The notes under the pieces were generated by a model. The model ran no database searches. It was given only the letters and a program-made list of their open reading frames with translations, and had not been told where the DNA came from. Source: Thermoanaerobaculia bacterium (lineage in GTDB: Bacteria > Acidobacteriota > Thermoanaerobaculia > Multivoradales > Multivoraceae). Taken from it: 64,000 nt of DNA. Below are positions 24,193 through 33,063 of this stretch, one piece after another; the first letter of the stretch is position 1, and each line of letters begins with the position of its first letter. The position numbers and the translations under genes are program-made. The DNA is taken from contig OY761158.1 in assembly GCA_963664405.1 (NCBI GenBank), positions 6,592,001 through 6,656,000 of the forward strand, given 5' to 3'.

Positions 24193-26229
24193 TTAGCCTC
24201 CTCTGGCTTCCCGCTCTTGCTTCTTACGCCGCAGGAAGAGCACCAGGCCCATCACGAGCACCAGGGTGGGCATCCAGCCGAGTACGGCGAGACGGACCTT
24301 GCTCTCTTCGTTCTCGAGTGCTGCCCGCTGCTGCAGGCGAATCGCTCGCAGCTCCGCATTGCCTTCCTGGATGCGCTCGTTGAGCTGGCCGACTTCGTCT
24401 TGAAGCTTGCGCTGGAAGAGGGCGGCGTTGCGCTGTGTGATCTCGTTCTGTTTGCTCTGCAGTTCTGCCTGGAAACCCTCGACCTCCGCCCGGATCTGGC
24501 GCTCGCGCTCTAGAGTCTCTTTCTCGGCTTCGGCCTCGATCTCGTCAAAGCGTGAGAAGGGCCTGTCCAGGCGACGTGCGGTCCTGACGCTCATCAACTC
24601 ACGAGCTCCGAGTAGGTGGTCGACGCTGTTGAGCAGAACTTTGTGGTTATCGTTGTTGGCGTTGACGATGCCTAGAATATTGCGTTGAAAGGCCAGCGGG
24701 TCGGAGATGAAATCAACGTCCGCAAAGACGATCACTCCGGCGTCAGAGCGCCTGTCTTCCGGCACCGGTTCCTTCTTGATCATCTCGGTACCCTCCGGTG
24801 GCGGCAGCTCGATCCCCGGCGGTAAGCCAGGAGGCTGCTCGGGCGCCGTTGACGGAAACTCCACTCCCTCGGGGTAAGCGGAGGGAAGTCTGCCGTCGAG
24901 ATGGTAGGCGAGGACGACCGGCTCGGTTCCGGAGACGTAGTGATCTCGCAGCTTCGCGGCATTGTTGAGGTCGGTGTAGTAGAGACCCTCGGCACCGCCC
25001 AGGCCAGGCAGGATCTCCAGGGTGTTGCCGGAGGCAGTGGTCGTGATGAGAGCAGTTGTGGTCCATGGCCGCTCTTCGTCTTCGGCTCCGTCCACAGGCC
25101 GCAGGCTCCCAGCCATAAAGAAGCGAACGTCGGCGAGACCCTGCAGGACAGGGTGCTCGGCCAGAGTCTCCTTGCTAGTGGCCTCGGTGAGCTGGAGGTC
25201 GACGACGACGGATTCGCTGGCGCCTCCTCGCACTACCGGCCTCTTTACGGCGAGATCGAAGTCGGCGGCGAAGCGCTGCGCCGGCATCTCGAGGCCCCAT
25301 GCAGCGAGCAGCGTACCGAGGCTGGATGCGGGCTCGTACTGGAGTGCGGCCCAGGGCTGTTGGGGGTTCTGGGGCGCCGGGTCCGCGATGCTGTAGGGGT
25401 CGAGAAAGACCACGGTCTTGCCGCCGGTCACTACCCACTCGTCGAGAGCCCAGAGCATCTTGCCGCTGAGCCCCTTGGGGTGGATGACGATGACCAGGTC
25501 GTAGTCGTGATGTGAGATCTGATCGGTATCGAGCTCGATCTTGGAGACCTGGTAGTAGTCCTCGAGCAGTTGCACCGAGATCCACTTCTCGGTCGGGCTC
25601 TTGCCTTGAGCAGCGAGCATCTGCGCGAGGTAAGGGTTATCTGCTGTGCCGAATACTTCGAGGCTGGAAACCACCCCGATGCGCTTGGATGGCGGCCAGA
25701 GTAGGGAGGAGAGACGCTTGGTGATCTCGTATTCGACACTCTCCTGCTCGTTCGGCCACAGGAAGGGAATGGAGTCCTTGCTGCCGGTTTGGGTCTCGAC
25801 CGTGAGGCCGAAGAAGAACTGATCGCCATGCTGGTTGATGGGGCGACCTTCGACGCCGTCCTTGACCGCGTCCAGTGCCTCGTCACTGTCGGTGACAGGG
25901 TCGATGAAGCTGGTACGGATCTTTCCTTTGCCGGCCCGCTCGTACTCTTTGAGAAGGTGCCGCAGATAGCGCTCGTAGGTTACGAAGTCTTTGATGAAGC
26001 GAGGGAGCGTCTTGCCGGATTTCTCTGAGAAATAAAGCTTCATCTCGAGAGGCTGAGCTCCCTCGGTTTGCATCTTTTCGACGAGCTCGAGAGTACCGTC
26101 GGACAGGGAGTAGATGTTCTGCTCCGTCAGGTCGGACCTGAGGCCTTCGAAGAGCCGAAAGGCGAGGTGCGTCGAGAGCGCAGCCACCAGGGCCACGAGA
26201 AGAATTGTCAGCGATCGGTTTCTGGGCAT
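24193..26229 (-). CDS. GldG-like ABC transporter auxiliary component
   Basis: DLTEQNIYSLS.GT, EYEITK, VFLDP, VFADVDFI, N...LLNSVD.L.G, a coiled coil and a C-terminal TM. Confidence 0.85.
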   Translation of the reverse strand: MPRNRSLTILLVALVAALSTHLAFRLFEGLRSDLTEQNIYSLSDGTLELVEKMQTEGAQPLEMKLYFSEKSGKTLPRFIKDFVTYERYLRHLLKEYERAGKGKIRTSFIDPVTDSDEALDAVKDGVEGRPINQHGDQFFFGLTVETQTGSKDSIPFLWPNEQESVEYEITKRLSSLLWPPSKRIGVVSSLEVFGTADNPYLAQMLAAQGKSPTEKWISVQLLEDYYQVSKIELDTDQISHHDYDLVIVIHPKGLSGKMLWALDEWVVTGGKTVVFLDPYSIADPAPQNPQQPWAALQYEPASSLGTLLAAWGLEMPAQRFAADFDLAVKRPVVRGGASESVVVDLQLTEATSKETLAEHPVLQGLADVRFFMAGSLRPVDGAEDEERPWTTTALITTTASGNTLEILPGLGGAEGLYYTDLNNAAKLRDHYVSGTEPVVLAYHLDGRLPSAYPEGVEFPSTAPEQPPGLPPGIELPPPEGTEMIKKEPVPEDRRSDAGVIVFADVDFISDPLAFQRNILGIVNANNDNHKVLLNSVDHLLGARELMSVRTARRLDRPFSRFDEIEAEAEKETLERERQIRAEVEGFQAELQSKQNEITQRNAALFQRKLQDEVGQLNERIQEGNAELRAIRLQQRAALENEESKVRLAVLGWMPTLVLVMGLVLFLRRKKQEREARGG

Positions 26230-26231
26230 CG

Positions 26232-26981
26232 TTAGTTGCCTTTGGTCTCTCGCAGTACGAGCATGCCGCTCGCCAGCCAGGCTAAGGTGAAGATGGCGAA
26301 GAAGAGCAGGGTGCGCAGCTCGACAAGGCCGCGGGTCAGGCTTTCGAAGTGGTCGATGAGGCTGACGCTCTGCAGCACCTGGGCGACGTAGCCCCCCAAA
26401 GCTCGGCCGACGAAGTCCTGAGTCTCCGGCAAACCGAGGAGAAGGAAAGCCACCGAAGCGGTGACTCCGAGGATGAAGGCGACGACCTGGTTCTTGCTCA
26501 CGGCCGAGAACAGCATGCCGATGGCCAGAAAGGCGCCGGCGCTCAACAGGCAGCCGAAGTAACCGCCGATCAACACGCCCCAGTCAGGGTCGCCTAGCCG
26601 GGCGAGCTGAAACACCAAGGGCCAGGTCAGAAAGAGCGAGAAGCCGAGGAAGCTCCACCCGGCCAGAAACTTGCCGAGATAGGCCCCCTCGAGGCTGATC
26701 GGAAGAGTCAGGAGGAGCTCGAGAGTTCCGCTCTTCCGCTCTTCCGCCCACAGCCGCATCGCGACGGCTGGCACCAGAACGACGAAGATCCAGGGAACGT
26801 AGGTAAAGAAGGCGTCTAAATTCGCTTGTCGAATTTCGAGGAAGCGGCCAAAGTCGCGCGAGACCGTGAGGTAGCCGCTGGCGACCAGAAAGATGACGAT
26901 AAAGACGTACCCCAGGGGCGAAGAGAAATAGCTCTTGAACTCGCGGCGAAACACCGCTTCGAGACCGGTGAATCGGTTCAT
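26232..26981 (-). CDS. ABC-2 type permease (GldF-like)
   Basis: RE..SYF.SPLGYVF, MRLWAEERKSGTLELLLTLP and KNQVVAF. Confidence 0.9.
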   Translation of the reverse strand: MNRFTGLEAVFRREFKSYFSSPLGYVFIVIFLVASGYLTVSRDFGRFLEIRQANLDAFFTYVPWIFVVLVPAVAMRLWAEERKSGTLELLLTLPISLEGAYLGKFLAGWSFLGFSLFLTWPLVFQLARLGDPDWGVLIGGYFGCLLSAGAFLAIGMLFSAVSKNQVVAFILGVTASVAFLLLGLPETQDFVGRALGGYVAQVLQSVSLIDHFESLTRGLVELRTLLFFAIFTLAWLASGMLVLRETKGN

Positions 26982-27925
26982 GCGGCGACTCCCTTCGTCA
27001 CCTCACGGAAGACCTCGTCGAGGCTACCTTCGCGCTGATGGATGCCGTTGATCTCGAACCCCTCGAGCAGTTTGGGAAGCTCCGCGAGATGCGTCTCTCC
27101 GGATTCCGGGTAGACGTCTAGCAGTCTCTCTCCTGCCACTTCCACGCGCTCACACCATGGCTGATCTTCGAGGAGATTCTTCACTTTCTCGGACATGGCT
27201 CCTTCCGCGAGGCTGAGTCGGATGGTGTTGTGGTGAGGCGCCTGCTCGATCAGCTCCCTGGGTGTCGAGTCGACGAGGATTCGTCCCTCGGAGATGATGA
27301 CAGCGCGATTGCAGATCTTCTCGGCCTCGTCGAGGATGTGGGTCGAGAGGATCACACAGCAGCGATGAGAGAGGCTCGCGATCAGATCCTGGACCAGAAC
27401 CTTCTGATTCGGGTCGAGCCCGTCGGTCGGCTCGTCGAGGATCAGGATCTCGGGGTCATGAAGGAGGGCCTGGGCGAGGCCGACACGGCGCTTGAAGCCC
27501 TTCGAGAGAGTGTCGATGGTTTGATGTCGCACGCGGCGCAGTTCGGTGAGGTCGACGGCCCGATCGATTTGGCGGTCCGGCTTGTCGACGCGGCGGGCGT
27601 CTGCGATGAATCGAAGGAAGCCGTCCACTGTCATCTCGCCGTAGGCGGGCGCGTTCTCAGGAAGGTAGCCGACCTTGCGCCGCGCTTCCAGAGGATGGGT
27701 GGCTACATCGAAGCCCGCGACCTCGACCCGGCCGCTGTCAGGCTCGAGAAAGCCGGTGATCAGCTTCATTGCGGTTGTCTTGCCGGCTCCGTTGGGCCCG
27801 AGAAACCCCAGGATGTCGCCCCGGCTCACTGAAAAGGAGATCCCATCCACAGCGCGGATGGGTCCATAGTGCTTGCGCAGATCCTGCACACGCACGAGTG
27901 GGGTGTTTGCTGTCGACTCGTTCAT
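26978..27925 (-). CDS. ABC transporter ATP-binding protein (GldA-like)
   Basis: GPNGAGKT, LSKGFKRRVGLAQA, ILDEPTDGLDP and STHIL. Confidence 0.93.
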   Translation of the reverse strand: MNESTANTPLVRVQDLRKHYGPIRAVDGISFSVSRGDILGFLGPNGAGKTTAMKLITGFLEPDSGRVEVAGFDVATHPLEARRKVGYLPENAPAYGEMTVDGFLRFIADARRVDKPDRQIDRAVDLTELRRVRHQTIDTLSKGFKRRVGLAQALLHDPEILILDEPTDGLDPNQKVLVQDLIASLSHRCCVILSTHILDEAEKICNRAVIISEGRILVDSTPRELIEQAPHHNTIRLSLAEGAMSEKVKNLLEDQPWCERVEVAGERLLDVYPESGETHLAELPKLLEGFEINGIHQREGSLDEVFREVTKGVAA

Positions 27926-28186
27926 ATCCCTCCTGCCTCCAACTGCCAGTCCAGCGCTCAAACGTGTCATTTCGGCGCGTTCCGACCCAGGTCCCGCTCG
28001 GGGACCCTTACAAAGACGCCGCGACCAACGTGATCTACCGACCGGCGGCTCGTCGTCTACTGCAAATGTGTAGCAAGTCACATACCAGGCATAGAATGCC
28101 CTTCGGCGCAGTGCCGTCAGACGCCTAGGAAGCTGACGGCAAAACGAAACGAGATTCTATAGCCAAAGCGGCTGTTCGGGAGGCCC

Positions 28187-29170
28187 ATGCCGAGAATTCG
28201 AGTTCTTTCGGAAGACTTCGAGGTCGAAGAGGTGGCCCTCTATCCCCCGTGTGGGGAAGGGGAGCACACCTTTCTCCAGGTCGAAAAGCGGGATCTCGAT
28301 ACCGAAGGAGTGGTCGAGTGTTGGGCCAAGCTGTTGTCGATTCGCGCCGAGGAAATTGGCTATGCAGGGCGAAAGGATCGCCGGGCGGTGACGAGACAGT
28401 GGATCTCGGTGCCGCGTTTCGAGCCGTCCCGCGCTGAGATCCTGGAGATACCAGGAGTTCGAATTCTTCAAGCTCGCCGCCACCGGCAGAAGATTCGAGC
28501 CGGTGATCTCCGGGCGAACCGTTTCCGCATCGTAGTTCGCGACGTCGGCCCTGCCGACGCCACCTATGCACGAGCTCGCTTCGAGGAGGTGCTCGAAAGA
28601 GGTTTGACGAACCGCTTTGGTCGTCAGCGCTTCGGGTATGCGGGGAGCAATGTGGAGAAGGGTGCTGACGTGCTCAGGGGCAAGAAAGTTCCGGGTGGCC
28701 GGAGGCACCTTCGCTTTATGGTCTCCGCCTTTCAGGCCCACCTCTTCAACGAGGTTCTAGATCGTCGACCTGTTCCGCCCTGGGAGCTGCTCGAAGGTGA
28801 TCTCGCTCTGTTTCATCTGTCCGGCGGGCTGTCCCAGGTGAGGAGCCCAGCGGACGAGGCGGAGCGGCTCGGTGCTCTCGAGATCAGCCCGACAGGACCT
28901 CTCTTCGGCGCAAAGATGCGACGCCCCGCAGGAGCGGTGGCTGAGATTGAAGACGGAGTTTGGGAGGAGCAAGACCTGCTCCCATGGCACGAGATCGTCC
29001 CTTCTCGCGGCCTGCGGATCATGGGAGCTCGGCGGCCACTTCGGGTGCCGGTCGAGGAAGCGACCTGCGATCATAGGGAGGATCGACTGGAGCTGAGCTT
29101 TCAGCTACCGGCGGGCTCGTTCGCGACCATCTTGGTTGAGCATCTCTTTCCCGAGCTGGCCCAGGACTGA
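28187..29170 (+). CDS. truD: tRNA pseudouridine(13) synthase
   Basis: EDFEVEE, GEGEH, YAGRKDRRAVTRQW, N.F.I, FGRQRFG and F.LPAGSFAT. Confidence 0.93.
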   Translation: MPRIRVLSEDFEVEEVALYPPCGEGEHTFLQVEKRDLDTEGVVECWAKLLSIRAEEIGYAGRKDRRAVTRQWISVPRFEPSRAEILEIPGVRILQARRHRQKIRAGDLRANRFRIVVRDVGPADATYARARFEEVLERGLTNRFGRQRFGYAGSNVEKGADVLRGKKVPGGRRHLRFMVSAFQAHLFNEVLDRRPVPPWELLEGDLALFHLSGGLSQVRSPADEAERLGALEISPTGPLFGAKMRRPAGAVAEIEDGVWEEQDLLPWHEIVPSRGLRIMGARRPLRVPVEEATCDHREDRLELSFQLPAGSFATILVEHLFPELAQD

Positions 29171-29715
29171 TGTTGGTCCATCTCATTCTGTCTTTGTGCT
29201 TTATGGTCCAGGGCGAAGCTATCGGCTCTACCAGGGCTGAGGTTTCGGTGTCGGCGACCGGCGCTTTTCGCATCGACCTTCATGCAGACTTCGATGGTCT
29301 TCTTTTGGGCAGCGGACCAGGGGGCTCTCTCGGCCCTCGACTCGAGGCGATGGAGCGCTTCCGCGCACTCGACTCGGAACTGCAGGCGGCCGCAGTAGAG
29401 CGGCTCGAAGAGTTTTTGAAACGTCGGGTTCGGGCACGCTTCGATGGGCGTCCCGAAACTTTCTCGGTGAGCTTTCCCCAACGGCGGCAGATCGGTACTG
29501 GTGTCTTGACTCTGGGTAGTACAGCTCGCCTCTCGGGACAGGTGCCCACCGGCGCAGCTCGATTTCAGTTCTTTGCTTCTCGAAGTTTTCGCTCGGTCGA
29601 CCTTCGGCTGGTATCGGCGACCGGAGAGGAACGATTGCGCTTCCTTCTCCAACCTGGTGAGGAGAGCCCCGAGGTGGACCTGAGAGAGCTAGGTTACAGG
29701 CAGGACCGGCTGTAG
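29170..29715 (+). CDS. Hypothetical exported protein
   Basis: Coupled to truD (TGATG overlap); hydrophobic N-terminus. Confidence 0.5.
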   Translation: MLVHLILSLCFMVQGEAIGSTRAEVSVSATGAFRIDLHADFDGLLLGSGPGGSLGPRLEAMERFRALDSELQAAAVERLEEFLKRRVRARFDGRPETFSVSFPQRRQIGTGVLTLGSTARLSGQVPTGAARFQFFASRSFRSVDLRLVSATGEERLRFLLQPGEESPEVDLRELGYRQDRL

Positions 29716-32046
29716 TCGGTCACAGCGCTCACGAAGCTCGGCCAGTTCGGTCTCCATCGCAGATATCTCATCCCGCTTCGCCCGCGAAAGACGCGCGTTG
29801 ACTTCTTCCATGGCAAGCTGCCAATAGAGCAGGGCGGTTTCGATCGCTCCACAGTGTTCCGCCTTGGTCGCTGCCAGCGACAGGTAGGCCTGAGCCTCTT
29901 CGTGCAGCCGAGCTTCGCGGAAATGCCTTGCGAGTAGCTCGGCTACCGGAATGGGATCATCCCTATGGCTCCTCTCGATGAGCTCGGCGATCTCGCGATG
30001 CATGATCCGGCGCCGAGCGGGGTTGATGTGGCGGTAGATGGTTTCCCAGATTGCTTGGCTCGAGAACTCGAAGTAGGCCTCCTGGGTCTGGCCCTCTTCG
30101 AGGACATCCTCCCGTCCGCGCCATTGGTCCGCGGATCTTCTGATCAGCCAGCGCTGGAGCATGATGTCGAAACCGATCTCGCAGACAACGATGTGCTCGT
30201 CGGCGGCCTCGGCGAGTAGGTTGGCTTCGAAGCGCGAACCGGCGACCGCAGCGAGCGCCGCGAGTCGTCTGGTCGAATAGGGGAGGTGCTTGAAGCGCTT
30301 GACGATGAGACCGCGGATATCGCGCATGCTCAGAGCGAGGTCGGCAAGCGATGTTTCGCCTAGAGACCAGCGCCCGGACTCTGGATGAATGAGACCGCCG
30401 TCGCGAAGAAAGTTGAGGCCCTGGGTGAGGGCCTGAGGAAGGCCGGCACTGCTTCTTTCAAGAAAGCTTGCCAATTCCTCGGCTTGGTCGAGAGGGACTA
30501 CACCAGAGGCGATCTGATAGATCGCCTGGCTGTCGAGCCTGGACAGCGATATCTGGTTCTCTTGGTCGAGAGCGCTGGTCACCAAGCGATGAAGAGGGTG
30601 GTCTTTGGCGAGCTCCTCGCGCTTAGCGGTGAGCGCGATCCAGACCGGAAAGGCACGCAGCCGAGAGGAGAGAAAGTCGAGAAGCTCGAGGGCGGCGGGA
30701 TCTGCGCTCTCCATCTCGCCGAGCAGTACGAGAACCCGTCGAGAAGCGGCGCCCGGTACGCCGCAGAGGGCGACGAAGGCGCGTGCTATCGCCTCGAAGA
30801 CGCGTTCTCTCTGACGCGCGGGAGAAGATCTCCTTCGCGTCTTTCCGGAGGGGACCAGCGGAGCCAGGCCAGGGGCGATCAAGCTGAGGTCGGCGAGGGT
30901 GTCGGCGTCGAGGTAGCGGGCCAGATCATCGGCCAGCTCCGAGCCTTCGGCGAGGTGAGCGCGAAGGGCTCGCGCGATGGGCTGATACACGCCAGGGAGC
31001 ACATCCAGGCAGCCGCCGCTGAGAACGAGGGTGTTCTCGCTGGAGCTCGCCGCGTCGAGAAACGAGCGAATGAGGCGGGTCTTACCAATGCCAGCCTCTC
31101 CCTCGATCAGGGTCAGGAGCCCCTCGCCGCGAAGGGCCTGCTGCATGCAGCTCTCGAGCTGATCGTATTGCGCACCCCGACCCGCCATCGGGATGAGAGG
31201 GGTCGAGTCTTCGCCACTGACCTGATCGGAGGGCGCGGACCCTTGTAGCAGAATCCGGCGCTGTAGAGCCGCCGTCTCCTCGAGGGGTTCGACATCGAGC
31301 TCGCGGCGCAGCGTGCTGACGAGCTGTTCGTACTGGGCGAGGGCACGGTTACGCCTGCCTGAGAGAGAGTACAGGCGCATCAGCTGCTGGTGCGCATCTT
31401 CAGAAAGAGGCTCGACCCCAACCAGACGCTGGGCGTATTGAATGCCGAGCCGGTACTCTCCGCGCTCGACGTAACAGTCGATCAGCAGGCGTAGAGCCGT
31501 AACTACCTTTTCGCGGAGCTGATCTTGCCGAGCCTGCAGCCAGTACTCGAACTCTTCGCTGTCTTTGACCTGGAAACCGGTCAGAAAGTGACCTCGGTAG
31601 AGTCCTACCGCTTCGGTCAGACGGTGCGGGTCGAGTCGGTCCTGCGATCCGCTGCTGGCGATCGCGTCTTCGAAGGCGACGACGTCGACCCAGCAATCCA
31701 TTGCCGGATTGACCTGGATGTGCTGCCGGGAAGCTATAAGGGGGCTTTCTTCTTTAGGGAAGAGACTTCGTATGTTGTAGAGCGCCTGTCGGAGGTTTCG
31801 TCGCGCTGAATTCTCGTCCTTTTCGGGCCAGAACAGGGCGGCGAGGTGGTCACGGCTGAGGGCGTTGCCCAAATGGCAGGCAAGGTAGGCGAAGAGCGCC
31901 CGGACCTTCTGAGATTCGAAGCGATCGACCGGTTCTCCCGCGTGAGCTACTTGAAGAGTGCCTAGACAGTGAATACGAAGAGGACTGGCGGAGGGGCTCA
32001 CTCCAGTCGCTGCTGCGGTAGGAGTCGGGGATCGTAGCTTCGCCAT
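29689..32046 (-). CDS. SARP/BTAD transcriptional regulator with AAA (STAND-like) ATPase domain
   Basis: wHTH (KVRALFAYL, ARRNLRQAL), BTAD (LYRGHFL, EPLSEDAHQQLM) and Walker A GEAGIGKT. Confidence 0.88.
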   Translation of the reverse strand: MAKLRSPTPTAAATGVSPSASPLRIHCLGTLQVAHAGEPVDRFESQKVRALFAYLACHLGNALSRDHLAALFWPEKDENSARRNLRQALYNIRSLFPKEESPLIASRQHIQVNPAMDCWVDVVAFEDAIASSGSQDRLDPHRLTEAVGLYRGHFLTGFQVKDSEEFEYWLQARQDQLREKVVTALRLLIDCYVERGEYRLGIQYAQRLVGVEPLSEDAHQQLMRLYSLSGRRNRALAQYEQLVSTLRRELDVEPLEETAALQRRILLQGSAPSDQVSGEDSTPLIPMAGRGAQYDQLESCMQQALRGEGLLTLIEGEAGIGKTRLIRSFLDAASSSENTLVLSGGCLDVLPGVYQPIARALRAHLAEGSELADDLARYLDADTLADLSLIAPGLAPLVPSGKTRRRSSPARQRERVFEAIARAFVALCGVPGAASRRVLVLLGEMESADPAALELLDFLSSRLRAFPVWIALTAKREELAKDHPLHRLVTSALDQENQISLSRLDSQAIYQIASGVVPLDQAEELASFLERSSAGLPQALTQGLNFLRDGGLIHPESGRWSLGETSLADLALSMRDIRGLIVKRFKHLPYSTRRLAALAAVAGSRFEANLLAEAADEHIVVCEIGFDIMLQRWLIRRSADQWRGREDVLEEGQTQEAYFEFSSQAIWETIYRHINPARRRIMHREIAELIERSHRDDPIPVAELLARHFREARLHEEAQAYLSLAATKAEHCGAIETALLYWQLAMEEVNARLSRAKRDEISAMETELAELRERCDRLQPVLPVT

Positions 32047-32221
32047 GGTGTGACCTTCGGAAATGCGATAGTAGAGACCCCTCCCCCGAGATATCCCGTC
32101 GTCGGCGTCTCTATATAGAAGGCCATCTATATTATCGCAGTGGAGGCCGTGAGATCAACCGAGTCGCCCTTCACCGAGTCGACATAGACTGGTGACGAGC
32201 GCTCAGGAAGGAGGGAGAGCA

Positions 32222-32584
32222 ATGACCTACGATGCGAAAAACGTGTTCGCGAAGATCCTTCGCGGGGAGATTCCCTGCCGCAAAGTCGTCGAGTCTGAGT
32301 ACTCGCTCGCCTTCCACGACGTGCGTCCCCAAGCGAGGGTTCACGTTCTAGTGATTCCGAAGGGAAGCTACATGACTCTTGACGAGTTCTGCCGCGAGGC
32401 TAGTGCCGAAGAGATTGCAGACTGGCTGCGGACCGTAGCCGAAGTCGCCGAGATTCTCGGTGTCACCGAGTCCGGTTACCGGGTGCTTGCCAACAACGGA
32501 GCAGACGCGCACCAGGAGGTTGCACACCTCCACATGCACCTCTTCGGCGGCAGCGACCTAGGCCGCATGATCGAGGCTCCTTGA
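32222..32584 (+). CDS. HIT family (histidine triad nucleotide-binding) protein
   Basis: NVFAKILRGEIP, HVLVIPK and QEVAHLHMH. Confidence 0.93.
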   Translation: MTYDAKNVFAKILRGEIPCRKVVESEYSLAFHDVRPQARVHVLVIPKGSYMTLDEFCREASAEEIADWLRTVAEVAEILGVTESGYRVLANNGADAHQEVAHLHMHLFGGSDLGRMIEAP

Positions 32585-32591
32585 CCGCAGC

Positions 32592-32999
32592 TCAGTGGCT
32601 GATGAGCGGTTTCAGCGCCTTAGCCTGCTCGATCCAACCGGAGATCCGCTTCTCGCTGGGCGCGACTCTGGCGAGCTTCTTCTTGGCGTTCACTTCCTGA
32701 GCCTTAGCGGCGAGTGAGGAGGCATTTCGCCTTCGCAGCTCTTTGACCGTATCGACGCCCGCATTTTCGAGAATCTCGGCATACTGCTTTCCGATTCCGC
32801 TAATGCGCATCAGATCGGCCATATTGGCCCATTTGAGTAGCTGCTTCTCAGAGAGGCCCGAGCTCTTGCTCGCTCTGCGGCGGCCCTTTCGGTCGCAAGA
32901 GCTCTTCAGCAAGCCTGCAGTCGTGACGATTCCGATCTTCGCGAGCTTTGCCCGGTAAGTCTTGCCAATGCCCTCTATCTCGGCGATCTTGTAGCTCAT
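32592..32999 (-). CDS. DUF4332 domain protein (HhH repeats)
   Basis: IEGIG, W.NMADLMRISGIG.QY and AGVDTVKEL..RN. Confidence 0.88.
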   Translation of the reverse strand: MSYKIAEIEGIGKTYRAKLAKIGIVTTAGLLKSSCDRKGRRRASKSSGLSEKQLLKWANMADLMRISGIGKQYAEILENAGVDTVKELRRRNASSLAAKAQEVNAKKKLARVAPSEKRISGWIEQAKALKPLISH

Positions 33000-33063
33000 T
33001 CGAATCTCCTTCAGATTCCAATAACCAGAGGAGGAGTTTAGCACTCTGCTCAGAAGTGCGATC

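Noticed and set aside
28112-28150. Hairpin tgccgtcag/ctgacggca upstream of truD as a terminator or c-di-GMP riboswitch
   Set aside because: No U-tract 3' of the stem on either strand, and the GEMM two-hairpin consensus is not met.
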